A stretch of DNA of 63,909 bases, the filler included, from Lama guanicoe (lineage: Eukaryota): assembly GCA_013239625.1 (NCBI GenBank). It is 76 parts of 75 records of this genome, joined end to end, with 100 filler letters (N's around TTAATTAATTAA, not from the genome) between each part and the next. Parts side by side here need not be neighbours in the genome. Positions count along the whole stretch, not along the records: positions 49,910 to 50,795 come from PNXV01004692.1; positions 50,896 to 51,654 come from MU053953.1; positions 51,755 to 52,159 come from PNXV01004698.1; positions 52,260 to 53,026 come from PNXV01004701.1; positions 53,127 to 53,954 come from PNXV01004714.1; positions 54,055 to 54,882 come from PNXV01004715.1; positions 54,983 to 55,425 come from MU053957.1; positions 55,526 to 56,290 come from PNXV01004718.1; 68 more parts are not named here. The stretch is one strand, 5' to 3'. Positions 50,133-62,629 of the stretch are shown here, one piece after another (positions within the stretch are counted from its first letter, which is position 1; every line of letters begins with the position of its first letter). A program made the position numbers and the translations under genes. The notes beneath the pieces are model-generated. The model was not told the DNA's origin. It saw nothing but the letters and a program-made list of their open reading frames with translations, and did not search any database.

Positions 50133-50895
50133 AAGAAATCTTATCTTCCAGAGGTCATTGCACAGACAAAATTGGAGAATATCTGTGAATCACTCTGTAA
50201 ACACTAAGTACAATACAAACAATATTAGCACTGATTCTAGGTCACATTCATCAAAAAAGGAAAACAAAAAGAAAACAGTTTTCTACCAGAAGGAGAAGGT
50301 GCTTTGCAATTTTCTGTCACTTTAATTCTTCAAAAGTTTCTATAAAATTGATGTCTTTAGAAAAGTCAATGCACATTAGGGACTAATTTTAATTCCTTCA
50401 TCTTCCCCTGTTTAACAGATATCAAGAATGATACCATTTCTAGATATTTTATTTAGGAAAGCCTTCGGTATACATGAGGCACAGAGCATGACAAATTGTC
50501 AGTATCACTCAGGATAGGAAACCCATGTTTGATACCCGAACTTGAAGACATGAAGAAGATGCCCGACTTGTCCAACTGACCCTTCAAGCTATTATTTTTG
50601 AAACACTTGTTTCTTCTTGGTCCAGAACAGACCCGCATTTGTTGATGAGAGACTCTTTAAATGAAAACGTCAACCCATCATTACCACTTTAGAGACTGAC
50701 ACATTACCCTCCTCATCCATGTGGACATAGCATCCTTACTGATTCCTAATATGAAAAATGACCACGGATGACATCTCAGGATGCTCCAATACAGANNNNN
50801 NNNNNNNNNNNNNNNNNNNNNNNNNNNNNNNNNNNNNNNTTAATTAATTAANNNNNNNNNNNNNNNNNNNNNNNNNNNNNNNNNNNNNNNNNNNN

Positions 50896-51654
50896 GATAG
50901 AAGGTGATGTGCTGAGATTTACAAGAGTGCACAGCAGATGCTTTTGTGACAGAACTTAAAGAAACCAGCGCAAAATATCCCCACAGTTGATTCGGAGTCC
51001 AAGATCCCAGCTGCCACATTTGAGGTAGCAGAGGCAACGTTCTGTGAGGGATAGGGCTACGAATGATGGCACACGCTGAGTCTCAGGGANNNNNNNNNNN
51101 NNNNNNNNNNNNNNNNNNNNNNNNNNNNNNNNNNNNNNNNNNNNNNNNNNNNNNNNNNNNNNNNNNNNNNNNNNNNNNNNNNNNNNNNNNNNNNNNNNNN
51201 NNNNNNNNNNNNNNNNNNNNNNNNNNNNNNNNNNNNNNNNNNNNNNNNNNNNNNNNNNNNNNNNNNNNNNNNNNNNNNNNNNNNNNNNNNNNNNNNNNNN
51301 NNNTGGGCATTTTGCCAATAGAGCACGTGTGGGGCTGAATCAGAGATATCGTTCATCTGGTCTGAGGGATCCAGGGGGCTTTGGTTTTGAAATCAGAATG
51401 AAAAGACTTAGGATCTGCTACATTCATAACCTGGGCTGGGATTATGGTTTGGTTTGAGGCACAGGATGCGCAACAACTCTGTGGTTGCCTTCGTGCACCC
51501 GTGCCACAAGGATGAGAGGACAAGGAAGAGTGGTAGAAGTCCACAGCGTTAGAAGAGGAAGCATTTCCTACAGCATTATCTCCCTAAAGAGGATGCTACA
51601 TTTTGGAAGGCACCAGCACGGTACGGCACTGAGGACACCAAGGTAGGTCTGCGG
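50896..51654 (+). repeat. Family A copy 4
   Basis: 51304-51612 is colinear with 23162-23471. Confidence 0.9.
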
Positions 51655-53250
51655 NNNNNNNNNNNNNNNNNNNNNNNNNNNNNNNNNNNNNNNNNNNNTT
51701 AATTAATTAANNNNNNNNNNNNNNNNNNNNNNNNNNNNNNNNNNNNNNNNNNNNAATAGCACATCCTTGTCAGTATTTAAAGAGCTGTTAGTGAGCGTCC
51801 CAGACCACACTTTTCAAAGCATCATTAAAGCTTGCTCTGAAATAGTGAAGTCATATAGGTCTTGTTTGCAGAAATCAAACGGTTTATAATCTGTAGCATA
51901 GCTCCCTTTATAAAATAATAGGTTTAAATTAAGAAGGTGGAAGATAATTGATTTTTTTAAAAACTGAAACATAAACTTTCTTCTGCTAATGTTGCAACTG
52001 GAAATTTCAAAAAGAAAGATCCCACTGTAATATCATCTACGTGAAATACATATATGTCTGTCAAGGTTTGAAAAGTAACTGCGCAGTGGTTTTTGAAGTC
52101 AGGATCATTGCAGCTCAGATACTGGCAGTGATGGCTGCTGGTTTTCAATGGAAGAGCCTNNNNNNNNNNNNNNNNNNNNNNNNNNNNNNNNNNNNNNNNN
52201 NNNTTAATTAATTAANNNNNNNNNNNNNNNNNNNNNNNNNNNNNNNNNNNNNNNNNNNNCCTCTGACTTGCCTCTGGGCTGCTCTTTCTGCCTGGAACAC
52301 AACCTGGCTGTCCCCACCCCTCCTGTCTGGTGAACTCCTCATGCCTCAGGGCTTGGCTGGGAGAATGCCTCTCTGGGGCTCCCGAAGGCTGGATCTGGGG
52401 AGCCACCCACTCCATCCCTTCTCTGGCCTTCGAGGGGCACAGGGGTGCCACTGCATCGTCACAGCTGCAGAGCCACGCATGCACACACGTGCACAGCTTA
52501 CAGACACTCACCCCGTCGCTTTCCCTCTTCCACCATCACACCCAGCCCCCCTCACCTTTGCCTGCCCACCGCCTGGGTGTTGGGACCTCCCACAGGGATC
52601 TTGCTTTAGTCAACCAGCCTGATCAGCCTGGGTGGGGTGCCTCCCCGGGCCTGGCCATACCCACCACATCACCCCCAGGCCACCCTCCCTGGAGCCCCTC
52701 AGCAACCCCCTCCAGCAGCCTCCAGCCTGTTCCCTGGGAAGCTGCCTCTGGCTTTATAATGGATAATAGGATTTAATCAATGGACTGGAGGAGGTGATGT
52801 ATGTTAAAGCACTTAATATAAAAAGGACTTCGCACAGAAGCCCAAATCTGACTTGGCCAATGAACTCGATTGCTGGCCTGATTGCATTCCAGGAGGCGCA
52901 CCAGCTGGCATTTATCCACATTACCCTGAGAAAGCCAGGTCACGGCAGGCGGCCAAGGCCATGCAGACCTGCGCCCAGCAGCTCTGCCCTCCGTCCCCCT
53001 CTTCTCGGGGTCTCGGGCCATGACTCNNNNNNNNNNNNNNNNNNNNNNNNNNNNNNNNNNNNNNNNNNNNTTAATTAATTAANNNNNNNNNNNNNNNNNN
53101 NNNNNNNNNNNNNNNNNNNNNNNNNNTTAAAAATGTTACATTTAATAAATGGAATAATTATTTACATTTAAATAGCAGTTTAAGTCAAGAAATGTTTGAT
53201 ACTGAATGTTTACTATGAGTTCAAGTATGTAAGCTTGGTTTCTGTGGTAC

Positions 53251-53687
53251 TGTCGATAAACCACAAAATTTGGGATTTGTTGGTTAAAGTTTATCTGGGG
53301 CAAAATGAGGACAAGATTCCAGGTGACAGCATCTCAGAAAGCTTGCAGGAACTGCTCTGAAGATGAGGGGGAGCTCAGAATTATATAAGATTTCAGTGAA
53401 GGGGGACATGATGTCCAGTACACGTTTAGGCAGAGGCTGCTGCTAGTCAAGGAGCAGGTGTCTCTGCTAATGATTTTAGTGCTTTTCTAGATAGGAAGAG
53501 ATGCAAGAATTTGGGCTCATAAAATTTCCTGAAAATGTCTAACTATCTGAAGAATTTTCTGCCCATTTTCCCAGAGTACAGAGTGCTCCATTCCTGATGT
53601 TCAGAGGGTGTTGAAGGTCAGCAGCTGCAGTGGCTCATGACTTAAGCAAATCAGAGGCAGATGACAAGTGCCAATTTTTATTTGACA
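53251..53687 (-). mobile_element. Probable solo ERV LTR
   Basis: TGTC...GACA termini, about 437 bp, with motifs (gacagcatctcaga, ctgctctgaaga, gcttttctagataggaagagatgcaagaatttgggctcataaaa) typical of laurasiatherian ERV1 LTRs. No clear target-site duplication. Confidence 0.6.
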
Positions 53688-54054
53688 ATATGTATATATT
53701 GTAGGAAAAAATGTTACTTTCCAACCCTACCCGTACTCTAGTTTTAGTTAGAGATCAACGGATTACTGTGTTAGATGACTTAGGTCAGACGAGAGGGCGA
53801 CGGATTCGTCTCGTGAGCCGGCCGGTGCTCTATGTCAGCCTCCTTGATCACATTCAATTTCCTTTCTCTTCAAGTAGCATGCTTCTGATTTTGTGAAGTT
53901 TGGATCCTGTCCTGAGCACATAGGATCTGGAGGTGGCCCTGTTCCTGTGGTCTTNNNNNNNNNNNNNNNNNNNNNNNNNNNNNNNNNNNNNNNNNNNNTT
54001 AATTAATTAANNNNNNNNNNNNNNNNNNNNNNNNNNNNNNNNNNNNNNNNNNNN

Positions 54055-54600
54055 ACTACTTTTTCCCCTCTTTTATGGCCAAACGTTTCTGTTTCTTTGT
54101 ACATCATGTAATTTTCTGTTGAAAACTGGACATTTAAAATATTACAATGTGGCAGATCTGAAAGCCACATTTTCCTCATCTCAAGGGTTTATTGCTGCTT
54201 CCATTGTCATTGCTGCTGCAGCTATTTGTTTAGTTACATTCCTGAACAAATTCTGTAAAGTCTGTATTCTTTATCATGCATGGCCATGAGATAGTGTGTG
54301 TGAAGAAAGCCTAGTTGTCATCACTGTAATAATGATTTGGCAGTGATTTCTTTCATTGCCTGGAGCCAATCATTTGAGCTGATGCCGGTGGCTGTGTGTC
54401 TGCGTGCTGAGGTATGCCCTCAGCACCCGCAGGCAGTCTGTAGCTCTTCCGTAGCCTTTAGTTCTTGCTTATGCAGAACCTAAAGTTCAGCCAGAGTTGA
54501 AGGCTTAAGGTTGTCTCAGATCTTTCCTTGCCCTGTGCCACACATGTGTACGGCCTTCTACAATTCTCAAAATTTTTTGGAGCTTTTTAACCCTACCTTC
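54055..54600 (-). mobile_element. Old L1M-type fragment
   Basis: catcatgtaattttctgttgaaaactggacattt and tctgtaaagtctgtattcttt resemble the antisense 5' region of L1M elements. Confidence 0.5.
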
Positions 54601-54982
54601 AAAATTTTTTGGTTTAACCCTACCTTCACCCCCAGAACGTCTCATTACTCAATTTTGCCTTCTAAGTATCCTAGTCAGTATCTAGTTAGCCTCTACTGGT
54701 CCCGCTGCCTCAGGCGGTTGTAATGTTAAATACTCACTGCTGATTGTTTCCCACACACACTCTGGGGACAGGCTGTTTGCACAGCATGAGTTTGTGATAA
54801 GTCAAATAGTGACAGCTTTCTGGGGGAGGATTCCTTGGGTAACTTTAAATCACTTCTGCCCCTACCTTGACTGTGAGACTATNNNNNNNNNNNNNNNNNN
54901 NNNNNNNNNNNNNNNNNNNNNNNNNNTTAATTAATTAANNNNNNNNNNNNNNNNNNNNNNNNNNNNNNNNNNNNNNNNNNNN

Positions 54983-55425
54983 CTGTGTTCTACATTGTAT
55001 ATTCTCAATTCTATATTCAGTATTCTGTATTTTTTATTCTAAATTCTGTGTTCTACATTGTATATTCATATTCTATATTTAGTATTCGGTATTCTATATT
55101 CTAAATTCTGTGTTCTGCATTCCATGTTCTTAATTCTGTGTTCTATANNNNNNNNNNNNNNNNNNNNNNNNNNNNNNNNATCATTCTATATTCTATATTC
55201 TATATTCTGCATTCCGTAGTCTATATTCTATATTCTGTGTTCTACATTCTATATTCTAAATTCTTTATACAGTATTCTGCACTCTATATTCTAAATTCTG
55301 TGTTCTGCATTCCATGTTCTAAATTCTATATTCAGTATTCTGCATAATATATTCTAAATTCTGTGTTCTTTATTCAATATTCTAAATTCGATATTCACTA
55401 TTCTGTATTCTATATTCTAAATTCT
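54983..55425 (-). repeat. AT-rich heptamer satellite
   Basis: 7-mer variants. Confidence 0.95.
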
Positions 55426-56214
55426 NNNNNNNNNNNNNNNNNNNNNNNNNNNNNNNNNNNNNNNNNNNNTTAATTAATTAANNNNNNNNNNNNNNNNNNN
55501 NNNNNNNNNNNNNNNNNNNNNNNNNTTGTAGTATTACAGACATTCTGGAAAAGGAAAAAATAGGACCAACTCTAGGAGGTATTAATCTATGGTCTTGGAA
55601 ACAGTACAGAAATAGTGCACTGAGAGTATGAATGAAATAGAATGCATTTCAAGAATAGACGTGGTTATTTTTGAGATTTTAGTAATATTATAAACCTGAC
55701 ACTTCAAATCAGTGGATTCAAGTACTGGAGTAATTAGCTAAATCATTGGAAGACCTGGTACAGTGTCCTCAATTTTTTTTTTCAGATTTCAAGACTTTAT
55801 TTGAAAAAAGAATGTAAACTATCTCAACGTTTTTCACATTGATTACATATTGAAATTGGGATATTTCTGTTAAATTATTATTAAAAGTATTTTCAACTGT
55901 TTCTACTTTTATCAACTGTTTTTTTATTTTTTTTCTTCCAATGTCAATTTTGGCATTTTTTATTTCTACAATTTTACAAATGTATTAAAATATAATACTT
56001 CTATGTTCCCATTATGTTTTTGTGTGTATTTTATTTCTAGTTTTTCTTCTGTATTTCATAGCACATTCTCTTTTTTCCCCCATTCACTCTTGCTAAGGAT
56101 TGGTTTCTCTTAGTAATTTTTTATTCCTAATAAAGTAATATTATGCCTATTACTCTATCATTTATTGATAGCCTTGTTCTCTACTTTCTTATCTTTTCAC
56201 AATTTTTTCTCTGT

Positions 56215-56290
56215 GATTTATCATAACATTTTGTGTATATCTCCTTGTGCTATACAGTGTAATCTTGTTTATCTATTCTACAGTTTTGAA
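56215..56290 (-). mobile_element. Short camelid-type L1 3' UTR fragment
   Basis: ttgtgtatatctccttgtgctatacagtgtaatcttgtttatctattctaca. Confidence 0.65.
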
Positions 56291-56390
56291 NNNNNNNNNN
56301 NNNNNNNNNNNNNNNNNNNNNNNNNNNNNNNNNNTTAATTAATTAANNNNNNNNNNNNNNNNNNNNNNNNNNNNNNNNNNNNNNNNNNNN

Positions 56391-57099
56391 ATACAGAATA
56401 TACAATGTAGAACACATAATTTAGAATATGGAAAGCAGAATATAGAAAACGGAATTTAGAACATATAATGAAGAACACAGAATTTAGAATATAGAATACT
56501 GATTACTGAATATACAATTTAGAATATAGAAAGTAGAACACAGAATTTAGAATATAGAATACAGATTACTGAATATAGAATTTAGAATATGGAATGTAGA
56601 ACACAAAATTTAGAATATAAAATACAGAATATAGAACACAAAATTGAGAAAATGGAATGCAGTACACAGAACTTAAAATATAGAACACCGAATACTGAAT
56701 ATAGAATATTAATATACAATGCAGAACACAGAATATAAAATATAGAATACAGAATACTTAATATAGAATTTAGAATATAGAATATAGAACACAGAATTTA
56801 AANNNNNNNNNNNNNNNNNNNNNNNNNNNNNNNNNNNNNNNNNNNNNNNNNNNNNNNNNNNNNNNNNNNNNNNNNNNNNNNNNNNNNNNNNNNNNNNNNN
56901 NNNNNNNNNNNNNNNNNNNNNNNNNNNNNNNNNNNNNNNNNNNNNNNNNNNNNNNNNAATATACAATGTAGAACACAGAATATAAAATATAGAATACAGA
57001 TTACGTAATATAGAATTTAGAATATAGAATATAGAACACAGAATTTAAACTATAGAGTATAGAATACTGAATATAGAATTCAGAATATAGATTGTAGAA
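56391..57099 (+). repeat. AT-rich heptamer satellite
   Basis: 7-mer variants. Confidence 0.95.
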
Positions 57100-57199
57100 N
57101 NNNNNNNNNNNNNNNNNNNNNNNNNNNNNNNNNNNNNNNNNNNTTAATTAATTAANNNNNNNNNNNNNNNNNNNNNNNNNNNNNNNNNNNNNNNNNNNN

Positions 57200-57666
57200 A
57201 GTTGTAAATAACCCATGCATCCATCAAGAAGTAAATGGAGAAACAAATAATGGTCTATCCAAACACTGCTCACAATAAACTAATCAGGAAAAACTCAGCA
57301 CTGAACAATACTCTGCTATAAGAAAAAGAAGCTATTAACACAGCAACACAGATGACTCTTAAAATAATTACACTGAATGAAAGAAGTCAGACAACACAGA
57401 GTAGATACTGCATGAATCCATTCATACAAGGATCTTGAAAATGCAAACCAATATGTTGTGATAGAAAGCAGATCAATGNNNNNNNNNNNNNNNNNNNNNN
57501 NNNNNNNNNNNNNNNNNNNNNNNNNNNNNNNNNNNNNNNNNNNNNNNNNNNNNNNNNNNNNNNNNNNNCTTGGGGATATACTTATGTCAAAACGTATTAA
57601 GTTGTTTATCTGTTCTACAATTTTGAATTTTTGCCAAGTTTATCTCAAAGCTGTTTTAAGAAAAAA
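57200..57666 (+). mobile_element. Old L1M-type 3' end
   Basis: Contains tgaatgaaagaagtcagaca...gagtagatactgcatgaatccattcata...aaatgcaaac...gtgatagaaagcagatcaatg and ttatctcaaagctgtttt. Confidence 0.8.
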
Positions 57667-58612
57667 GGCACTTCAGTCCTGACCCACCTCAGCGCCTGAC
57701 TGGAGATGATCAGTCCCTCACCCTGTCCGCCTAACGGGAAGGTAGAAAACCTCTCACAGAAGATAAGATATGGATTTNNNNNNNNNNNNNNNNNNNNNNN
57801 NNNNNNNNNNNNNNNNNNNNNTTAATTAATTAANNNNNNNNNNNNNNNNNNNNNNNNNNNNNNNNNNNNNNNNNNNNACATACAAACTAGTTAATCAGAT
57901 CATCTATAGGGATTTTAAAACTTCAGCTATGATATTTCTTTTGTTTTCACATTTTAATGTTTCTGAAATTCAGGATAATTTGACTATTGATAAGATAGTG
58001 TGACTTTTTTTCCCATCAAAAGCTTTTTATTAAAAAGACAGCATGTCTTACAAATGATATTATTTTAGGACTTAGAAAATATTTTATTTCAAGTAGTAGT
58101 GAGTCCTCAGTGAAAGACCCCTCCTTCATTATTTTTGTTCAGTATAGCAAATATTTACTGAACATGCAATAAATGTCAGTCACTACTGTTCTATAAGTTG
58201 GGGTACAATGCTGAAAAACAAAATCACTCAGTAATGACTTGGCTTCTTATTACTTCCTCTGTAATCAACCTCAGACCCTTTTCTGACATTCAGTGAATTA
58301 CAGGCTACTGCACAATTGATACGTGACAATATAAATTGCTATATTGAAGTCCTTAAGAAAATTGGTATCTTCTCAGCTACAGAAGTATGCTGCGACGCTC
58401 TGTTAAAGAACTTCCATGTCACGTAGTATTCTAAGAACAAAAAGGACCTGAGAGGTTACAACAGTTGTTGATCAGGTTGCCAAGTGTCACCTGAAGACTG
58501 ACATGTGCCTCANNNNNNNNNNNNNNNNNNNNNNNNNNNNNNNNNNNNNNNNNNNNTTAATTAATTAANNNNNNNNNNNNNNNNNNNNNNNNNNNNNNNN
58601 NNNNNNNNNNNN

Positions 58613-58836
58613 CAGAACTCTGCCCGGTTACCTAGGATCCAAAAGCCACAACAAGCCTCGCTATGCACACTAACATTCCACCTGGAATCCAACCGGTAAC
58701 TGCCATCCCCAATGGCTGCTGCATCTTGTCAATCTTGGGGGAGGGGCTGCATCCGACCAGAGGTTCCTAAGGTAAATGTGATTCTACCCACTAGCGTCCC
58801 ATGGGCCTTTCTTCTTCCCTCTTTCCTTTTGTTCAG
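58613..58836 (+). repeat. Multicopy segment, paralogue of 61995-62217
   Basis: Colinear; about 15 differences in the first ~160 bp and the last ~77 bp identical (counted by eye). Confidence 0.92.
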
Positions 58837-59783
58837 NNNNNNNNNNNNNNNNNNNNNNNNNNNNNNNNNNNNNNNNNNNNNNNNNNNNNNNNNNNNNNNN
58901 NNNNNNNNNNNNNNNNNNNNNNNNNNNNNNNNNNNNNNNNNNNNNNNNNNNNNNNNNNNNNNNNNNNNNNNNNNNNNNNNNNNNNNNNNNNNNNNNNNNN
59001 NNNNNNNNNNNNNNNNNNNNNNNNNNNNNNNNNNNNNNNNNNNNNNNNNNNNNNNNNNNNNNNNNNNNNNNNNNNNNNNNNNNNNNNNNNNNNNNNNNNN
59101 NNNNNNNNNNNNNNNNNNNNNNNNNNNNNNNNNNNNNNNNNNNNNNNNNNNNNNNNNNNNNNNNNNNNNNNNNNNNNNNNNNNNNNNNNNNNNNNNNNNN
59201 NNNNNNNNNNNNNNNNNNNNNNNNNNNNNNNNNNNNNNNNNNNNNNNNNNNNNNNNNNNNNNNNNNNNNNNNNNNNNNNNNNNNNNNNNNNNNNNNNNNN
59301 NNNNNNNNNNNNNNNNNNNNNNNNNNNNNNNNNNNNNNNNNNNNNNNNNNNNNNNNNNNNNNNNNNNNNNNNNNNNNNNNNNNNNNNNNNNNNNNNNNNN
59401 NNNNNNNNNNNNNNNNNNNNNNNNNNNNNNNNNNNNNNNNNNNNNNNNNNNNNNNNNNNNNNNNNNNNNNNNNNNNNNNNNNNNNNNNNNNNNNNNNNNN
59501 NNNNNNNNNNNNNNNNNNNNNNNNNNNNNNNNNNNNNNNNNNNNNNNNNNNNNNNNNNNNNNNNNNNNNNNNNNNNNNNNNNNNNNNNNNNNNNNNNNCC
59601 TATGATTTCCTGCTTCCCTCTCCCATCTTTAGAGTTTTGATGTGCTCCTTGCCTTCTTCTTGTTTCCTCTTTGCCACTCATGCTCTTCTTGCANNNNNNN
59701 NNNNNNNNNNNNNNNNNNNNNNNNNNNNNNNNNNNNNTTAATTAATTAANNNNNNNNNNNNNNNNNNNNNNNNNNNNNNNNNN

Positions 59784-60059
59784 NNNNNNNNNNTATGATA
59801 GTAAATGTCTTCCTTATGAGTTTTATCTTTGACATTATTCTTGGAAATGCTTTCTTATAATGGAATAATTCTCTTATGTAGGTTTTTTTAAATCTCTAAG
59901 ATGGAGATGATATTAGTACTTGTTAATGTAGGGGTAAGTTGAGTTAATAAGAACAAAGTATTTTGTTTGCTCTTATTAGTACTTTTTAATATTTACATCA
60001 CTGTCTGTAATTTATCATGTGGTCCTTATGAGGGGAATAGAACTTATTCTTTCCAGGTG
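59784..60059 (+). repeat. Multicopy segment, paralogue of about 6490-6749
   Basis: Direct colinear match. Confidence 0.9.
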
Positions 60060-60408
60060 NNNNNNNNNNNNNNNNNNNNNNNNNNNNNNNNNNNNNNNNN
60101 NNNNNNNNNNNNNNNNNNNNNNNNNNNNNNNNNNNNNNNNNNNNNNNNNNNNNNNNNNNNNNNNNNNNNNNNNNNNNNNNNNNNNNNNNNNNTACTCCAG
60201 TATCTTACACATTGTAAAAATTTATTTAATAACTGTCAGTCTGAATTTTTTTTTGATTATTTTCTTCCATCCCAAATTTTCTTGTCTAGTATTATGACTT
60301 TATTATTCNNNNNNNNNNNNNNNNNNNNNNNNNNNNNNNNNNNNNNNNNNNNTTAATTAATTAANNNNNNNNNNNNNNNNNNNNNNNNNNNNNNNNNNNN
60401 NNNNNNNN

Positions 60409-61220
60409 ACAGAATTTAGAATATAGAATAGAGAATATTGAACCCAGAATTTAGAACTAGGAATGCGGAACACACAATTCAGATTATTGAATGTAGAACA
60501 CAGAGTTTAGAATGTAGAATACCGAATGCAGTATATAGAATTTAGAATATAGAATGAGGAACACAGAATTTCGAATATAGAATACAGAATATAGAACACA
60601 GAATATAGAAAAAGGAATGCAGATCTGAAGATTTAGGTTATAGAATACAGAATACTGAATATACAATTTAGAATATAGAATGTAGTACACAGAATATCGA
60701 ATATAGAATAGAGAATATAGAACCTAGTATTTAGAGCATGGAATGCAGAATACAGCTTTTAGAACATAGAATATGGAATACTGAATATAGTATCTAGAAT
60801 ATAGAATGTATATCACAGAATTTATAATATAGAATACAGAATACAGAATATAGAATATAGAATATAGAATAAAGAACACAGAATATAGAATACAGAATAT
60901 AGAAACCAGAATTTACAACATGTAATGCAGAACACAGAATTTAGAATATATAATAGAGAATACTGAAAATAGAATTTAGAGTATAGAATGTAGAACACAG
61001 AAAAGAGAATATAGGTTACGGAATGCAGAATATAGAATGTAGAAAACAGAATTTAGAATAAGGTATACAGAATACTGAAAGGAATGCAGAAAATAGAATT
61101 TAAAATATAGAATGAATATCACAGAATATAGAATATACAATAGAGAATATAGAAGCCAGAATATAATGCAGAACACAGAATTTAGAATATATAATAGAGA
61201 ATACTGAAAATAGAATTTAG
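60409..61220 (+). repeat. AT-rich heptamer satellite
   Basis: 7-mer variants. Confidence 0.95.
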
Positions 61221-61340
61221 AGTATAGAATGTAGAACACANNNNNNNNNNNNNNNNNNNNNNNNNNNNNNNNNNNNNNNNNNNNTTAATTAATTAANNNN
61301 NNNNNNNNNNNNNNNNNNNNNNNNNNNNNNNNNNNNNNNN

Positions 61341-61782
61341 CTAGGAAATTACAAGATGAAACAACACAAATATATACATTTAGGTTTGAATCCAAGAGCA
61401 CCTAGAGGCATTAAAGCTAGGAGAACCCTGCTGCAGTTATGCTAGTCTATTGAGAACCAGGTGTTCTTCTATCAGTGATGAGAACGCTTAATCATCCGAT
61501 CATGTTGGGTAAAGCCATTTAACGCAACGAAGTCTGCACCCCCATGATATAATGCCCCCGGGGGCTTGACTCAAGTAAAAGCTGTGTCTTTAATGTCATT
61601 GGCGACTTTTACAGTACAGTTCACTTTCTGACTTGTACTATTTACCTATACAGTCTTGAAAAACTGAGGCCTAATACAGATTCAAGTTCAGTCAAATTTC
61701 CCCTCACTTACCACACTCCCTTCACCCCAGGGGAGACATAAACAACACATTTGCTGAATGTAGCGGAAGGCCATCGTTTCTA
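61341..61782 (-). repeat. Multicopy segment, paralogue of 12834-13159
   Basis: Reverse-complement colinear match. Confidence 0.9.
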
Positions 61783-61882
61783 NNNNNNNNNNNNNNNNNN
61801 NNNNNNNNNNNNNNNNNNNNNNNNNNTTAATTAATTAANNNNNNNNNNNNNNNNNNNNNNNNNNNNNNNNNNNNNNNNNNNN

Positions 61883-62629
61883 ACTCAGGTCTTTGGGCAG
61901 CAGCAGTGTCTCGTACTTACACAGCTTCCCGGGACAAACACCTAAGCCAAGCTACACAGAGGGCGGCAGCCCCTCCATCACTCTGATACACCCACAGAAC
62001 TCTGCCCGGTTACCTATGATCCAACAGCCACCACAAGACTCCCGGTACACACCAACATTCCACCTGGAATCCAACCGGTAACTGCCATCTCCAATGGCTG
62101 CTGCATCTTGTCAGTTTTGGGGTGGGGCTGCATCCGACGAGAGGTTCCTAAGGTAAATGTGATTCTACCCACTAGCGTCCCATGGGCCTTTCTTCTTCCC
62201 TCTTTCCTTTTGTTCAGATCTGTATGCACAGAACCACTGGAGGGAAGTGGGTCCCTTTTCAGTTGATGGTTTCACACGTCTTTAANNNNNNNNNNNNNNN
62301 NNNNNNNNNNNNNNNNNNNNNNNNNNNNNNNNNNNNNNNNNNNNNNNNNNNNNNNNNNNNNNNNNNNNNNNNNNNNNNNNNNNNNNNNNNNNNNNNNNNN
62401 NNNNNNNTGGGGGCTGAAATTCCATGAAATGAAACCAACCCAAATGTGCACTTTACTGTCTGTCTCTTTTGCCCTTAGTACACTTTGGCAGAGCTACTTG
62501 CCTTTGTTATAAGCTTCTATCATTTCTTCCCTACGTAGAGTAGAATATGGCATTCCTTCATCCTGTTAGAAGACATAAAGTTTTACATCACGGACTAGGA
62601 ATCCATTTGATTCCAAATCGGCATTTGGG
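61883..62629 (+). repeat. Multicopy segment, paralogue of 58613-58836
   Basis: Direct colinear match over 61995-62217. Confidence 0.9.

Noticed and set aside
52330..53078. Overlapping ORFs in a GC-rich scaffold
   Set aside because: ORFs occur on both strands with no protein-like signature or splice support.
61470..61675. SNORD115-like bits: GTGATGAGAAC and CTGAGGCCTA
   Set aside because: The boxes are about 190 nt apart (SNORD115 is roughly 80 nt), there is no convincing terminal stem or guide match, and they lie antisense to the putative intron. An Infernal/Rfam scan would settle it.
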